This document shows positions 26,650-41,700 of a stretch of DNA of 64,000 nt, piece after piece. Made by a program: the position numbers and the translations under genes. Where the stretch lies: contig OZ076409.1 in the NCBI GenBank assembly GCA_964187785.1, forward strand, positions 99,760,001 through 99,824,000, read 5' to 3'. The notes beneath the pieces were generated by a model, which saw nothing but the letters and a program-made list of their open reading frames with translations, was not told the origin of the DNA and searched no databases. The DNA is from Amphiscolops sp. MND2022 (taxonomy: Eukaryota). Position 1 is the stretch's first letter. Each line of letters opens with the position of its first letter.

Positions 26650-28290
26650 TGTGTTCTGTTAATTTGAGCGCAGTATGCCTAAAGAGAAACTTACAGGAAC
26701 ACAATTTGTTAGTGTACTACACGGTGGAACGTCTGTATGGCAATATTCCCAAGACGACAACAAGATTATTCGCCGAATCTGCCTAGTACCTTCCGACCAT
26801 GAGGAGGGTAAAATCAAATTTCGAAACAACAATAGTATTAACTTCGCCAAACATCAACAAGTCGGGAACAGCCCAAGTCGGCTTCATATCTAAGGCTCAA
26901 AAATATTCAAGGAACAACAATCGGAAAAACTTTTTTTTCGAAAAACAATTCTTGGTAAAAAAAAAACATAAAGCCGAAAAACCCAAAAAGAGACCCTTTA
27001 GGCTTTTTCATTGTTTTTTACAAACCGAAAACCTCAAAAAACTCAAGAGGTACCCTTTGAGAGAGTTCAAAAATTTTCGGAAAAAAGTCCCAAAGGGGGG
27101 ACCCTTTGGTCTCCCCTCTACTTTTGGAAGCATAAAAAATTTGTGGTTAGGTGCGAGACTCGAACCCACGCTCTCTTGTTTCTCGGCCCCAGAAAATCCC
27201 GGGTTAACCTCTCGGCCAACAAGTTGAACAAATGAACAAAAAAAGTGGACCGACCGATCGAGTTGAACTGACGAAGCAAAAACTAGCTACAGTAAGGGTC
27301 GTGCGTTTTCTTTGAAAACGTCGAGTAAAAACAGGTTACATTGAACTCGAAAAGACAGCAGCAGTTATCATTTTCAACCGGACCAAGTAAAGCCAATCCA
27401 TTTTTTGCTGTTCTTACCGAAGCTTTAGAAAAAAACTCCTTTAGAAAAACGAGAAAAAAACAAATTCAATTTCCGCCGGCCAAATAGATTACACCAGTTT
27501 TCGCTTATTTGCGACTGGTGAGGCAGCATTAATGAAGTTTATGAAGAAAGCAGGTATGGATTTGAAAGCATTATTTCTCAATATTGTACATGTGTGTCAC
27601 GTGCATTGCTCATGGCCTGATGAGAATAGCCGAGCTGGCACAAACTGAAAACGAAGTTGCTGACAAATTTGTTATTTCTGTCAAAAAATTATTTTCTTGG
27701 GGTACTAGACGTAAGCGAAGATCTTACTTGCTCACAGTTACCCCTATGACCGGTCACAACTAGATGGAACTCCTGATTGAAAATATGCTTTTATTTTTAC
27801 AAGAATTTCGATGTTATTCAGCAATTTCTGGAACACCTATAAAAAACGACCCGAATGTCGAATTTCTCAGCAATTGGATCGACCAAATGAATTGTACTCG
27901 CTTGCAGACTCAGTTGGCGTTCATTTCAGCTACTTTCACCGCTTTGACAGAAGCAATACCGAGGACTCGAGCACAAATCGAATTAGTACATTCAGCGGAT
28001 CTTATAAGTAATATTGAAGCGGTTACCATCGCCGAGCCTTATCAGAAATCGCTGAAACTACTCCTAAAAAAGAACCCCTATCTCAATGTCCTGAAGCAAC
28101 TAGGGGCGTACTTTTGGATGAAGACGAAGAAATTAACGTATCACCCCTGATAGCACCCCTTTACAAACTTGATCCTTTGGCGTCTGCCGAAATCGAAAGA
28201 GTCTTTTCATCTATGGGGGGACGTTTTGTCTCCTAAGAAGCAATCACTGACTGCTAATCATTTGAAAAACTTGTGGTTATTCAATGGAAT
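26650..28290 (+). pseudogene. Decayed hAT-superfamily transposase, interrupted by a HINE-like insertion
   Basis: Across frames: VTCIAHGLMRIAE (CxxH motif, ~27595-27635) and PLASAEIERVFSSMG..LSPKKQSLTANHLKN (ERxFS motif, ~28174-28270). Left boundary uncertain. Confidence 0.7.
26856..27331 (-). mobile_element. Helentron/HINE-like repeat, same family
   Basis: Starts aacaagtcgggaacagcccaagtcggc..catatctaaggctcaaaa and contains gcgagactcgaacccacg, as at 5257. Confidence 0.6.
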
Positions 28291-29695
28291 AACAAAGAAA
28301 CTTAATTTTTCCAGAATCAATTTTTTTTCACGCAATTTTGTGCAGTTTTCGCGCCATTTATGGCGCAACTTTGGCACTTTTTTTACGCGAATACTTCCTG
28401 GCTCTGTTGCAAACTATTTTGTCGCTCAACGTTTTGCTCAACTTTGTTTAAACCAATCAAGAGACTTTCTACGTTCACGAGATAGTCGATAAAATGGGTA
28501 AACAGGCGGATACGCTTATCATCAGTGACAGAACATTGCGGCGAAAAAAATAGTTCTTTGAAGACCAAATCTACCCACCCGCCTATCTTACAATGTGCGG
28601 GCAAATTTGTTTTGCGCAATTTCCTTTCAAAAAATTAACTATACTATTTTGGTACACACCGTGAGTAAAAATAACTCCAAACGATGCTTCCATTTGTGTG
28701 TGAAGTGGAAACCAGTCAAGGCACGTAATTGTAGAGAGGGTAAAGTAGTCATTTATTGTATTTTAATCAATACGCGTAACGCCAAATTACACAGTGTAAC
28801 GAGAAAAATTCTTATTGCGTATCTGAAGTAAGAACGCGTTTTTATTGGCTGTTAATCCAACTAGCAAGATCTTGCTAGTTCGTTGCGGCATATGTATCGT
28901 CATGTAAAATTTGTATTTTAGTATATCTTTCTGTGGACGTATATCTGGAACTTGCTTAAAACTGAAAATGCAAGACATTAGCTCCAATTTTCCAACTATT
29001 GTGCATTGAATGTTCACATGTGTTGCTAAAAGGAATTCCGGCGAAAAATATGCTGGTGCTGAGCGACATCTTGTTTCAATACAGCCTTCAAATTCTCCAA
29101 TCGGGTTCTTTGAAGGCGTCAAAATCTCGTTCTCAAACAAATTTCGTATTTGTGAAATGCAAATTGAAGCCGTGTGTTCAGTAGTCAGAAGAAACTCGAA
29201 GCTGTTTTTTTGAATAACCGGAATCTGAGTTTGGGAAAAACATTTCTGATAACGCAAAATGTTAAAAAAAAGTTTCTCCCACTTGAAACTGCTTGAAATT
29301 TTTGCAAAATTTTGTAGGTTACCAAGGTTTTCGATGCTTTTACAGAACTCTCACAGATACCGTTTATTGAATTTTCAGTTCATTGAAACTGTATATGTTC
29401 ACTAGTTTTTGTAGGTTGCCAAGCTAGTTTGTCATGTTTTTCTAGTTTCTATGCATTGAAATTTCACAGTTTCAATTGAATGTCATCAAACAGCGTAAGA
29501 GATGCATCCTAAATATGCCGGCCATTTGGACTCCACGAAGTTTTGCAAGATTCATTAGAAACAGTTTCAAATGCAAATGAATTTTACCGCCATTTTGATG
29601 CAAATCAATTTCAGTTACTTTATATATTTCACATTAACTTCCAATTGAGCCTGCAATTTAACTATCGATGATTGCATGAGTTGACTACTTGAGAA

Positions 29696-30203
29696 CAGGG
29701 ACCACCGTAGTTTTGTGCGCGCATCTAAAATTGCATAATGAGCGCACACTCGATCTTCTTAAACAATACGCATTAAAGCAATTAATCGAGTGCATAATCC
29801 AGGTAGTTTAGGAAGGAGTTAGGGAAAAAACTGAATTTAGCTGACTGGATTAACAGCTAAGTTAGTCCTATAGAAATGCAGCTTTTAGGTTGCATCGAAA
29901 CGAAAGATCTTCATTTTCAACTACTGAAATTTGAGTTTTTCTTTTCGGTGCGGCGGAAATGAAACAATTTTATTGTGTTAACAAAAATTTGATGTTTTTG
30001 TACATTAATGCCAGTTTCTGTGGCTAGAAATTACCAGATTACCTTAATGTGATCGAGCGCATATTTTCCAGAAAGGGAGCAAAAGCCTCTAGAATAGCAT
30101 AATTTGCTGCATAATCTGCCATAAATGAGCGCATAAATGAACCTATAATTCAGCAATATTTTGCGCACAAAACTACGGACCCTGCACAAAACTACGGTCC
30201 TTG
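29696..30203. mobile_element. hAT-type MITE
   Basis: Left end cagggaccaccgtagttttgtgcgc; right end gcgcacaaaactacggaccctg followed by a duplicated terminus. 8-bp flanks cttgagaa / tttgagaa (7/8 match). Confidence 0.7.
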
Positions 30204-31557
30204 TTTGAGAAATTGAAGCGTGATTCAAAGTGATTGAGACTGTGAAGAAATTGAAATATTTTCAGTTTTTATTGAAATAGTGGACCTTGTATTGTAATCT
30301 TACAAAATAATTCCAAGCAGCCTTCCGTAATTTTTCATGTTTTGTAAGAAAACATTAGCTTTGCGTGCATGAAGGCAACATGGAAAATTTCCCAGTAGAT
30401 TCAACTAGAGTCCCAGAAACCTCCAAGTGAACACTAGAACCCTTGTTTTTTTATAGAAAGGTGACCATTAATACCAATCTTTGTTGGCTCTAGTTGCTGT
30501 AGATGGTAAGGCAGTAAGTACGTGATATCATTTGAAACTGTTGACTCGCAAAAAAACAGTGTGAAAATACGAACACTTTAATTACAAAGAAACACTTCAA
30601 GAAACTGAACAAATTAAAATTATCAACTCCACTAAATGAAAATCAGAATCAACAAAACGAAACTCTTATCAAAACGACTCCCTAATTTATTTCACCACCG
30701 GAACTTGACGTGTAGTTGAAATCATTCAGCCTGTCCACATTTTTGGATCACAATTGATGACTTTTTGAGATGTCAAGGGCTATCTTCTTCTGCAGGGTTC
30801 TGCTTAAGCCGCAAACTGTGTTAGAATCTGAGGCTGAAACATAAACACTTGAATAAAGTTTCAAAAAATATGACTCAATTTTGTTTTTCTTTGGTAGTTT
30901 GTTCGAATCAGAAAACATCTGAAAACCGTTTAGTCGAGAAGCGAATAGAAAAAGGTTTCGTTTTTGTCCAAAAGTAGCCAATTACTTACCAAAGGTTACT
31001 TCCCAGAACACCGAATCATTCAGCTTCAAAGAGAGTTCGCTGAGATCGAATTTTTTAAAGTTGCTCGCGGACTCAGTAAATGCCCAATTGGCAGTCAACA
31101 TTATTTTTATCGACCGAGGTTTCTTAGTCTTGAAAATGTAATCTTGAAGAATTTGGAACAATTTTTACCGATTGATTTTGTATCCTTAAACTTGGTAGGA
31201 GAGCGAAGTGAGTATGTAAAGAATGTTTTATAAAAGCAAACGCTGAATTGGAGATAATTTTTGAACCTTTCAAAAAATGAAACAAGATTTTCGACACAGT
31301 TAAAAACTTTGTGAATGAATGTCATTGCTAATGTGTCCACTCTACAGCTTTTGTCTCTGTAAAATTTGTATGAATCATACAAGAACAGTCATGATTTCAG
31401 GTATGCATATTTAAACTGGGGAGACGGAACTTTCGTCGCCACAAATTTCGTCGTCAGAAATTTCGTGGTTTTACCAAATCCAGAACTTTAGTCGTCAAAA
31501 ATATAGTCGTCAAGAATTAACAGTGTTCACCATCTTAGTTACTCAATTGAGTGTCAG

Positions 31558-31932
31558 GACATTTCATTCTATGCAATTTCAACCGTTGCCATTTCAACCG
31601 CTCACAATTTCAACCTATTGCATTTTCGACCTAAACTAATTTTGGCTAATTGATCCTAATTAGTTACATAAATATTTTGGTGATTTTAAATTTGATGCAT
31701 TTCTAAATTCAAATGTGCTAATTTTTACGCCAGTTTAGATACATTTTGACTTCTTCATGGATACTTCTTCACTAGTACTTTTTGTACTGAAATAATAGCT
31801 CAACCGAATTAAGACTAAATTAGTTTAGGTCGAAATTGCGGACGGTTGAAAATGCAATGGGTTGAAATTGTCAACGGTTGACATGGCAACGGTTGAAATT
31901 CCATAGGTCGAAAGTGTATGGGACGAAATGTC
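31558..31932. mobile_element. Foldback-type MITE with ~15-bp tttcaacc sub-repeats in long inverted arms
   Basis: 31558-31643 is the imperfect reverse complement of 31817-31932. Confidence 0.75.
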
Positions 31933-32773
31933 ATCTAACTACTCAACCACTCAATTGTACCATTATCAATATGAGATCTTGAAAACAAGTTTTATTTTGA
32001 CACCAAAATTGAGTCAAGAAGTTAATTGCATTCAATCAACTCATCAAGACGCTTATTTCAGTCCTGACCTATTTTACCAACCAACTTCCAGAAAAAGGTT
32101 CCGAAAATTAACAAAAAGTTTCAACATGCGTTTAAGCAACGTCTGTAATATAGGTTCTTAAAAGTCTGTGATATTGGAAGGTTTTCGATAAATTGTTGAA
32201 TTTTGTTTGCGGAACACTTTCGCTAAAAACCATATTTGAAAGTAGTTATCAAATAGCAATTATCGTACAATTAACAATAATCATTGGGATAAGTAGGATT
32301 CGATGATAATTTACGATTCCCATTAAATAAGTTGAAATGCAATAACATTTCAAAGAACGTAATTACCGACAACGAAATTTCTGGTAATCATCTCAACTTA
32401 CCGTCGATTAGCGATTGTTTTCAGCAGGAAAAATATATTTTTAAGGATTTGCTCAAATAAGTCATAAATTCATAAAAACGCATTCTTTTATAAGCGGTCA
32501 TTGAACAATTGAATTGACTTTGGAAACTGACTTCGAAAACAGCAAGTTGCATTCACAATTTTTTTTCACAGGGATGAGTAGATTGGCAATGGTTCGAAGT
32601 GATAAAAAAATGCGACTATTTTTTACCAACCTTCTCGTGTCATCGATATCATACATTCTTGATATTGTTCGTATGTGAAAGGCAACTCGTCGAATAACCG
32701 TTGCAGCGCGTTCCCTGAAACAACCTCAACACATGCCAACGATGGCCATCAAATTTTCAGTCACTTCCTACTA

Positions 32774-33532
32774 CAGTAGCGTTCTAAAATGTCGCAACTC
32801 CATTGCTTGATATTGCAATTTTCAAATCCAAATTTCTTTAAAACTGTCACATACTCAAAAAAAAGTCAGCTACAAAAGTTTCTTAGAGTTTTATCTAGTT
32901 TACAAAAATGTTTGTTTGAAATTTCGGCGACAATAATTACAAAAGTTAGAAATTGGAAACTTTGAGAAAATTTCATAAAATTTCCACTTTTTCTTGATTT
33001 TCACAAAGTTGAATAAATTATTTTGAAAATTTTTTAGCCAATCATTTGCCCCCAAATTTCCCGAGAATGCTGATATGATTTGATTGAAAAACTTTTTCGA
33101 TTTCAAATAAAAATCATCAGTTTTCTAAATGAAACTCTTGTAGTGTATCTCAATACTTGTACTTCAGTGCTTATAGACAGAAAATACAGTGCATTGTTTT
33201 TGATTCGAAACAAATTCTCGATCAAAACAATTCACTAGGTTCAGAAAATTATAGGGAGTCTCAGAATTTAAAAAGAACGAAAATTCCAATTCTAAGCCAC
33301 TTAATTTTCGAAAAAAAACTCAAACTTCAATTGAAATTTCCTACAATTAGCATTTTCTAACTTTTTCAGTATGGATCGTAGAAACAAAAAACAAAAAGTT
33401 TTGTCAAGTAGATAAAATTCTAAGAAACTTTTGGTTTTGACAAACTTTTGTATTCGTGACAGTTTACAAGACATTTGGTTTTGAATTTTGCCATTTTAAG
33501 CAATGAGGTTGCGATATTTTAGAACGCTACTG
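32774..33532. mobile_element. Tc1/mariner-type non-autonomous element
   Basis: TIRs cagtagcgttctaaaat.tcgcaac..cattgctt and their reverse complement; TA on both sides. Confidence 0.8.
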
Positions 33533-33644
33533 TATATATCTATGATCAGCAGAGCCATTAAAACAATTGACTACTCAATGACAAACAGAAAACTTCCGAG
33601 AATAGATACATTTCTCGCGAAAGTTTTTGCAAGTTTCAAGTGAA

Positions 33645-34575
33645 TAAGTAAGTAAGTAAGTAAGTAAGTTAATTTATTTGGATGAAGTCGTACAAAAAAG
33701 ATACAAAATAATGATACATACAAATAAGTATCAATCTAAAACATCCAAAAAGGACAAGGAATGAGCATACATGCTCTTCGAGTCCTTGCCCCGAGAACCA
33801 ATTATGACGAATTGAATATAGATTTTACGTTTTACTTTAAATCCTAGAAAAAAATTGAGTAGAGGTGTTTGTTATCAACAATGTACAAATCAGTGAGATT
33901 TTTTGTATATTTACGCAATTGAACCTTACTGAAAGACTCAATATTTTCCGGGAGTAAGTTCATCCACTTCAACCAATTGAATGCTCTTCGCAGAGTGTTC
34001 CCAAGTGATTTCCTTTTTACTACAGTTCTGCTATAGGTTGAAGAAAAGAGTCCTTTTTGACTTCAGCGGGTTGTAGGTTTATTCTTTTCTGCTACTTTCT
34101 CAGGGAAAAAATTTTTGTGGTGTCTCATTACGTAGTTGCTTAAACAACTCCTTGACAAGCTCTTCCATGTAAAGTTCAAAAACTGTTAGGACTTTATTTT
34201 CCAATAACAAGTTTGAAATGGATTCAGATCGCTTTTTGAAAAAAATAGCTCGGATAATTCTTCGCTGTGCGTTTTCAATTTTTTTCAAATTTGTTTTTGC
34301 TGCTGAGCCATACACTAAGATACCGTAGGAAATTATTGACCTGGCAAACGAATTATAGAATATGAGAAGACATTTTCTCGGATACAAGTCTCTGACACGG
34401 TAAATTAAACCACAAAATTTATTGAGTTTCTTCACAACGTAATTGATGTGTTCCCTGAATTTGAGACTTCCATCTAGATGTAGACCTAAGTATTTACATG
34501 AAGATTTGTAACATAGTTCTTCATTTAGAATAGTTATTTTTTCTGGTAATCCGTTGCCAAATATATATATCACTC
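33645..34575 (-). mobile_element. 5'-truncated CR1/L2-group LINE
   Basis: ORF 34100-34573 has RT C-terminal motifs KYLGLHLD, SYGILVYGSA, QRRIIRAI. 3' end has AATAAA then a (CTTA)6 microsatellite tail at 33645-33668. Confidence 0.85.
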
Positions 34576-35775
34576 AAGTTTCTTACAGAAAGTGTGAGAC
34601 AACTACTCAGCACCGAAAAAGTCTGTATCCTGAAGTACCTTAGCGACGGCATATCCTTGAAGTTCGAGAGTAACCAACTCTGGTCGAACTGCTTGAACTT
34701 TCAATAGGTTTTGAAGGTTTGAAAGTGTTCATGATTTTTAAAAAACGTTCTCAGAGGAACTTCCTTGCCTTAATTTTTTTTACAGTTTTTACGCTGCCTG
34801 AAAGATGTATATAGACTTTGGCAGGAATTCGGAGAAATATACTTCTATTGGAAATAATTGTTTTTTGTTTAAAAACGTTTTATGTATTGTTATAAGGATC
34901 AACTTTGTGGATTTCTATATCCTTGAAAATATCCAAAAAAAGCATGAAACTGTCGATACTAGAATTTTTGCTTTTTCTGAATCTTCTCGTTTCATTCAAC
35001 TTTGTGTGATAGTTCGTAAGACTTTTACAAAGATTCGTACAAGAAACTCAAAAAGTTTTGTGAAGCGTATACGGTGAAATGTAAGTAAAAAGGAAGCTCT
35101 TGGCAAGTGTTCCAAGATATTTCGAAATTATTTTGGGCGGATACATTTTCAAAAGCGTTCAAAGATATCCACTAAAACGTATGCTTTTCATAGTTTTTGA
35201 ATTCCGTGAAAAAAATCAGGCTATAAAACATCAGTTTGGGTAGAAAATGCAAAACTTGGCTAGAAGCGACTGAGGGTTTAATTTTTCTCCTTCTAGCTAT
35301 GGTATCAGAAGCTCAAGATGAACAATTTTGAAGGCATAAAGTTTAAAGGCCAGTTTTTTCTTCGGACAATAAATCTTCACGGCAAAAACTTACAGGCTTT
35401 GCATCGAGTCACAACGATCACCTACGGTTCTTGTCGTTTAAAAATAGATTAAAAAAATAGCTATTTCACATTGCATTTCAGGCATTTTTGTAAGGTTTTG
35501 AAATTTGTTTAGCTGTATCTCGGAAACTACTGCTAAGAACAAAAAACGCTCGGGTTCAATTTTGTAGTCTTGACACCGTTCTTCAACTTTTAGTGTTGGC
35601 ACTTTTTGGAACAACCTGGTTTTATCTGTTTAAATATCAGGAAACCGCAGCACTATATTTCAGTAAGAGACTTCCCGGGTTGACCCTCTTACTAGCATCT
35701 TGGCTGTCTTAGCAAGATCTTATCAAATTCTTGCAACGTCTTGGTGACCATGGAACCCATGGCAAGATTCCTGAT

Positions 35776-38700
35776 TGTTAAGATCTCTTGGTTTACTATA
35801 AAACAATGTTGGTGGCAAAGAGTTTTCATTCAACTATTTCGTATCAAAGTAACAAATGTAGTGAGATCTATGTAATGTAATGCAATAACATAAATATGAC
35901 AGTAATTAGAGTTTGTTATCAAATATGTTTAAACAACTCTCTGTCTAAAGTAGTTCAGTCTATGACCTCTACATTCCACATTCCCCCTCCTCCGGGTGGA
36001 TTCGGTTGCGAGTGGAAGTAACTGATGATGGTTCCGAATTGATCGGTTGAAGTTTTGGTATTCTGCTGTTTTCCGTATTTCACGGTTGATCGTCCGTATT
36101 TCACGGTTGTTTCTCTCTTCAGTTTGTTGTTGACTCGGTTGGCTGGCTTGGTTTTCCTGTAACATATAATTGTTTATTTTTCTTTTATTGTTATTTGTGG
36201 AGTATGGGATACTGCTTAATTTTTCAGTTTGTCTTGCGTTGGGTATTCTTTTCGATTTTCTCAACGTTAGTTGTGGTTCATTTATTCATGGATTCGTTTT
36301 TATACCTGTTTCTGGGGTTAGATTAGTTTCTTTGGGTAGTAGTTGCAGTTCGTCGTCTATGTTGGCATGGACGGGCTTTCCTTCGCTAGTATTGTAGCAT
36401 TGGAATTCGTCGTCGGATACCATGCTCAGGTCTAGATCCATCGGTTTTCCCGCCGACTTGTCGGGACTTGTGAACTGGCCCCTTTCGTTGCGTGGTTGTT
36501 CTTTCCTTTTCAACCAGTCTGCACTGTTTTCTGTAATCTCCGGTTTCGGTGCTTCTTTTCTACGGTATAGGCAGGTATTTTCCATCGTCTTTGAGCATGT
36601 TGGTTTTTCGGCCGTTGTTGTCAATCTGGTATTGATTCTTTTTGTCGGAGTTGTTGTAGCCTGAAAGGGTATCGGGTTAGATATTAGCTTCCTATGTAGG
36701 ATTTTGTTCTTGTCCGTGGTTACCGTATGTTTGGTCCCCGAGACTGCAGTTAATGGTTTATTTTTGAATTTGCTTCCAAGTGAGCATTTTGTATGTGTTT
36801 TTTCAAAAAAGGTGAACGGATAATTCGTATTTTTCTCTTTATTTACCGTATTTGACGGTTTTTGTTTTTGGGTGAAGGTCATCCCCCTCCGGTATTTCGG
36901 GTCGTTTGTCTTCTTCTTTGACATCACCAAGTGGTCGGTAATCTCGCCGGCTGAGTTGCGGGTGATGTAGACTGATAAGTCCTTGGAATTGACTGAAATA
37001 GAATTTTTCAGATTAAATAGTTTTGTTCCAGGTTCTCGCCCGAAGTGTAATTCGAACGGGGTTTTCTTTATTTCAGAATGTGTGGTGAAACGGAGGACAT
37101 ATAGGGCTTTGATTAGGCTCTCGCGTAAATTTTGCGTTTCTTCTAAATTTGTTTTTGTTAGATTCTTCAGTGATTGGATGGTTCTTTCCACCAATCCCGT
37201 GCCGGTATGTAGGTTTGGCGTCCCGTATTTCCGGATTATGTTATAATCTTTGCAGAAACTTTTGTACTCTTTTGAGATAAAAGCGCTGCCGTTGTCCAAT
37301 TTAATGGTCTTCGGTACTCCGTATACATTTATATATTCCCGTAGGAATGTTATTACTGTATCGTGGTTGGTATTTTTGCAAATTTTCGCTACCGGCCATC
37401 GGCTATTTTTATCTACGTCTACTAAGATGAAAAGAGAGGAATCTAAGTGTTTACTATTCAAATTTCCCGTAAAATCTATTTGGATTTTTTCTCCTGGGTA
37501 TTTTGGCGGTTCGAGTTTTGATTTTTCGGTACTAGGTAGTTGGGTTTTTAAATTCTTACCGGCATTCAGGCAAGCGGAGCAGGTTTTGGCCTTCTTCTCG
37601 ATGTCTGCTCTCATGTTTGGCCACCAAAAGATGACTGCATCATTGCACATTTTATTTATTCCTGGGTGGCCGAAGTGTAGTGCGTTGAGTGCGGCGTAAC
37701 GTAGACTTTTGGGGATAATGATTCGGTCATCCACCATTGTTATTCCCCAGCGGTGGGTCAATTTCTTTGCTACTTGTTTTTAGTCGTCTGGGATGGCTTG
37801 TGTGTTGTTGTCTTCGATGCAGCATTGAACTTCGATTAGGTCTGGATCTGCTGCCGTTTCCTTGATTAGTGTTTCCAGGTCGAGCATGAAATCGAATTCT
37901 GCGGCTCTGATGTTATCTTCTTGTTGTCGGTTTCTGGGGGCTTTTGTCTCGATAACCTTGTTGATGCGTACGTAATGTACGGCTATCTCTTCTATTGGGC
38001 CTTCGCGGTATTCTTGAACGGGGATCGCTGGGTAAGACCCTGGTTCTTCGGTTATTACCGGATCTTCTGGTGTTGAAGAGACCGTGGATTCGGTGTCCGG
38101 TGTGTGCTTCTGTGTTTTTACGGTTTCCGTGTTGATTTCCGATGATGTACCGGATGCTTGTGGAATTTCATCTCCAAAGTTTTTGAAGTAGCCGCCCCGA
38201 TATGTGTAACTCGGTTTTTTTCTTTCCTTCTCAAACGGATGTCAATGCGTTTAATTTCTTTTCTGTCTACACCGTCCGGTCTTCTTGGAAGGAGTATTTC
38301 TGTCTCGAGTTTCTTGTGCCAGTGGTGTCGCATATGGCCGGTCGTGTCAATTCAATTCTTCTCTCTACTAATTCTTGCGTCTCCGGTGAATTGTCTCTTC
38401 TGTTAATTATCTTCATGATTTCATCATCGGCTCCCCAGTGGTATTTGAGTTTATCGTGTAAAGCAAATCGGTCCGGAATTTAACGGTTATTGTTGTTGTT
38501 GTCCATTTTTAATTCAGTGTGAGATTTGCAATTATCGTGAATGGTGTTGTTAATCTGATTAGCGGTCAAATTGGAATGATTTCTGTTTGTTTTGCTGTAG
38601 CGCGTACCAGTCCAGCTGTAGCGCGTATCATGCATGTTTGCCGTGTTGCTGTTTTTTGATTGGTCGAAAATCCGTCCAATTCTGCCATTTACCGTGGCTA

Positions 38701-41700
38701 GTTGCGCGAAGGCGTTGATGACGAATTCTTCTTCGTAATTTTCTTCCGGTTCAGGAGTTTCTGTAGGGTTACGGCTAATGAAATCGGTGAATTTGATTTC
38801 TTTTCCAGCGGTGTGTTTTAATGATATGTCGAAATGGTTTAGTCTGTCTAACCACCGTGTTAGTCGGGCGCTGTATTGTTTGTTGGTTTTGTTTCTCTTT
38901 AATAGTGGTTCCAAAGCCTGGTGGTCGAAGAATAATTGAACCTGTTTTCCGTATAGGTGAAATCTGAACCGTTCAAGGCCCCAGACTACAGCTAGTAGTT
39001 CTAATTCACCGACGGAATATTTTTTCTCTGCGTCATTGAGATAGCGGCTGGCATATGCAATAGCTTTCAGTTCGCCGTTGTGTTGGCGTTGCCATAGCGC
39101 TATGCCTAATCCGGTGTTGCATGCGTCGGTTGTAACAATGTTTTCTTTGTTACCGTTGTAGTGTGCTAAACATGGTTGTGTTGTCAATTCTTTTTTCAGG
39201 TTGTTGAAGTCTGTGTTTCGTTCTTCTGTCCACTCCCATTTTATTCCTTTTTTCAGTAGTTGTCTCATATTGTCCGTCTTTTCGGATAGATTTGGTATGA
39301 ATTTTGCAAAATATTGTATTGCTCCTAAAAATGATTTTAGGGTTTTTGTATTTGTCGGTGGGTTCAATTTGTTGATTGCATCCGTTTTTTCTTTGTTCGG
39401 TCGGATTCCATCTTGTGATATGGTGTGTCCAAGCCATAGCGATTCTTTTTGGTAAAATTTTGACTTCTTTTTGCTGGCCTTGTAGCCTTCGTTTTCCAGT
39501 TTTGTTAGGACTGATTCTAATTTTTGTGTATGTTGTTCCTTTGTTCCGCGTGTCACGATTATTATATCGTCCAGCCATACTGGTATTTGTGGCCGAGGGT
39601 TCGGTCTATTTTCTCCCTAAATATGGTGGGTATGTCGGCTGGTCCGTAAAAACCCTTTAGGAATCGGTAGTATCCGTTGATTTTCTCTCCCGTAATGACA
39701 AAATTACAATGTGTGCTTGTTTCCGGTGATAGTTTCATTTGTCCGTAAGCATAGTCCAAATCTATGATTCATATCCAGATTGGGTCTAGCTCGTTTTTTG
39801 ATAATTCGGAAGAGATTTGGTTTAGTAGTTCATCCATGTTTGGCATGTGTGGTCTTTTCTTTTTGCAGCTGTCGTTAAGTTTCCGTGCGTCAAGTGCAAT
39901 TTTGACCGTTTTGTCCTTTTTTACCGTAATTCCAACGGGGGATACGAAACAGTCTTCTTCGATTGTTTCTAGTCTTTGTAAATGTCCGGATTTTATTAAT
40001 CGGTCTAGTTCGTTTTTTACGTCGTCTTGTAGGTGGTACGGTATTGGTCGTGCTTTTTGTTGTATTGGGTAACAACCCGGTTTTATCTGTATTTTCACAT
40101 CCGCATTCTTGGTAGTGTGGTTTGTTTCGAATAGTTTCTTGAATTTCGCATGTATCTTTGTTGTTTCTGATTGGTCGTTGTTGTTGTTCAATGAATTTTT
40201 GTTGATGGTAATTGGCAGTTGTTTTAGCCAATTTACTCCCAGTAGGGGTGTGATGTCGGTTCTCTTTGTGATTAGTAATGGTAATTTGGTGTATTTGCCG
40301 TTATACTCGGTGTCTACCCATACTTTCCCCAGAAATGTGATTTCGTTTTTGTTTACATCTTGGTATCTCTCTTTTACCGGTTGAATATTTTCTGGGTTGT
40401 ACAGTGTGGGGTTGTTCGACATAATGGTGACCGGAGAGCCGGTATCGATAATAAACTTTTGGTTTTTTCCGTTTATTTTTAATTCGACGCCATAGTGGTC
40501 ATTGTTGTCCGGTGTTATTTTGTTGATTCGTGTGATTTGGAGTATTTCTTCGGGTTCACTGTTTTCATCTTCTTCGGAGGTCATATCTTCCAGGTAGTTG
40601 ATTCTTTTTGTTTTGTTTGGTTTCGTGCGGCATACCCGGGCGAAGTGTCCTGTTCTCTGGCAATTGTTGCATTTTACCGTTTTCGCCGGGCAGTTATGTT
40701 GGGGTGTCCAATTTTGTTGCCCGCAGAATCCGCAGTTGTTTTTCTTTTGTTTTGGTTGTTGTCGGTATTGTTTTGTTTGTATTTTTTGAATCGGTTCTTG
40801 TTTTATTTCTTTGTCTTTCGCCAGTGCGGGTGGTATGGTTGATTGTTTATGTCGGCGATCATAGCTGTCTTGTGTAATAAGTTCTATGGTGGTTTTCAGA
40901 TTGAGGGTTTTTTCGCGGATCAGTTTTTCCCGGAGTTTTTTATCGATTATGCTTGTGATAAATTTCAATATGAGTAGGTCTTCTTGTTTGATATCTTTGA
41001 AATCACATGTTTTTTCTAACGTTATCAGCTTTTTCCAGTGTTCCTCTGGTGTTTCGTTTTCCTCTTGCTTGGCCCAGAAGAAATCTCCACAGCTGTGATA
41101 TGTGTTTCTTTTGGGCATATAGTATTCCCGGAACAGTTGAATTAACTTGTCGGTTTTAATTGTGTCTGGGTCCGTGTTGAATTCTCCTTTCGTGATGATT
41201 TCAATTGCCGACGGTCCGGCGCCCCAAATGAAATCTTGTCTGATTTCCGGTTCTTTTGTGTCCCATGGATCACCGGTAGGTACCGTATCGTCGGTTAATA
41301 TCGGTTTGATATCTATGTTGTGGATTCTTTTTATGTAATGTCGAAATCTCTCGGTCCATTTTTTTGGTGTGTATATTTTCTTCCCGTCAAGTCCGGTATC
41401 TTCTAGGTAAGGTAGTTGTATCTTTGTTGCAACGGCCATTATTGATATTCGTTGGTTGGTAAAAATGTTTCATGATTTAAGAAGGTTTGATGAAATAAAA
41501 TCTTGCTACTGCGCCATGTTAAGATCTCTTGGTTTACTATAAAACAATGTTGGTGGCAAAGAGTTTTCATTCAACTATTTCGTATCAAAGTAACAAATGT
41601 AGTGAGATCTATGTAATGTAATGCAATAACATAAATATGACAGTAATTAGAGTTTGTTATCAAATATGTTTAAACAACTCTCTGTCTAAAGTAGTTCAGT

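Noticed and set aside
27615..27660. Hammerhead ribozyme core (CTGATGA...GAAA)
   Set aside because: No supporting stems; the bases encode the HGLMR part of a transposase CxxH motif.
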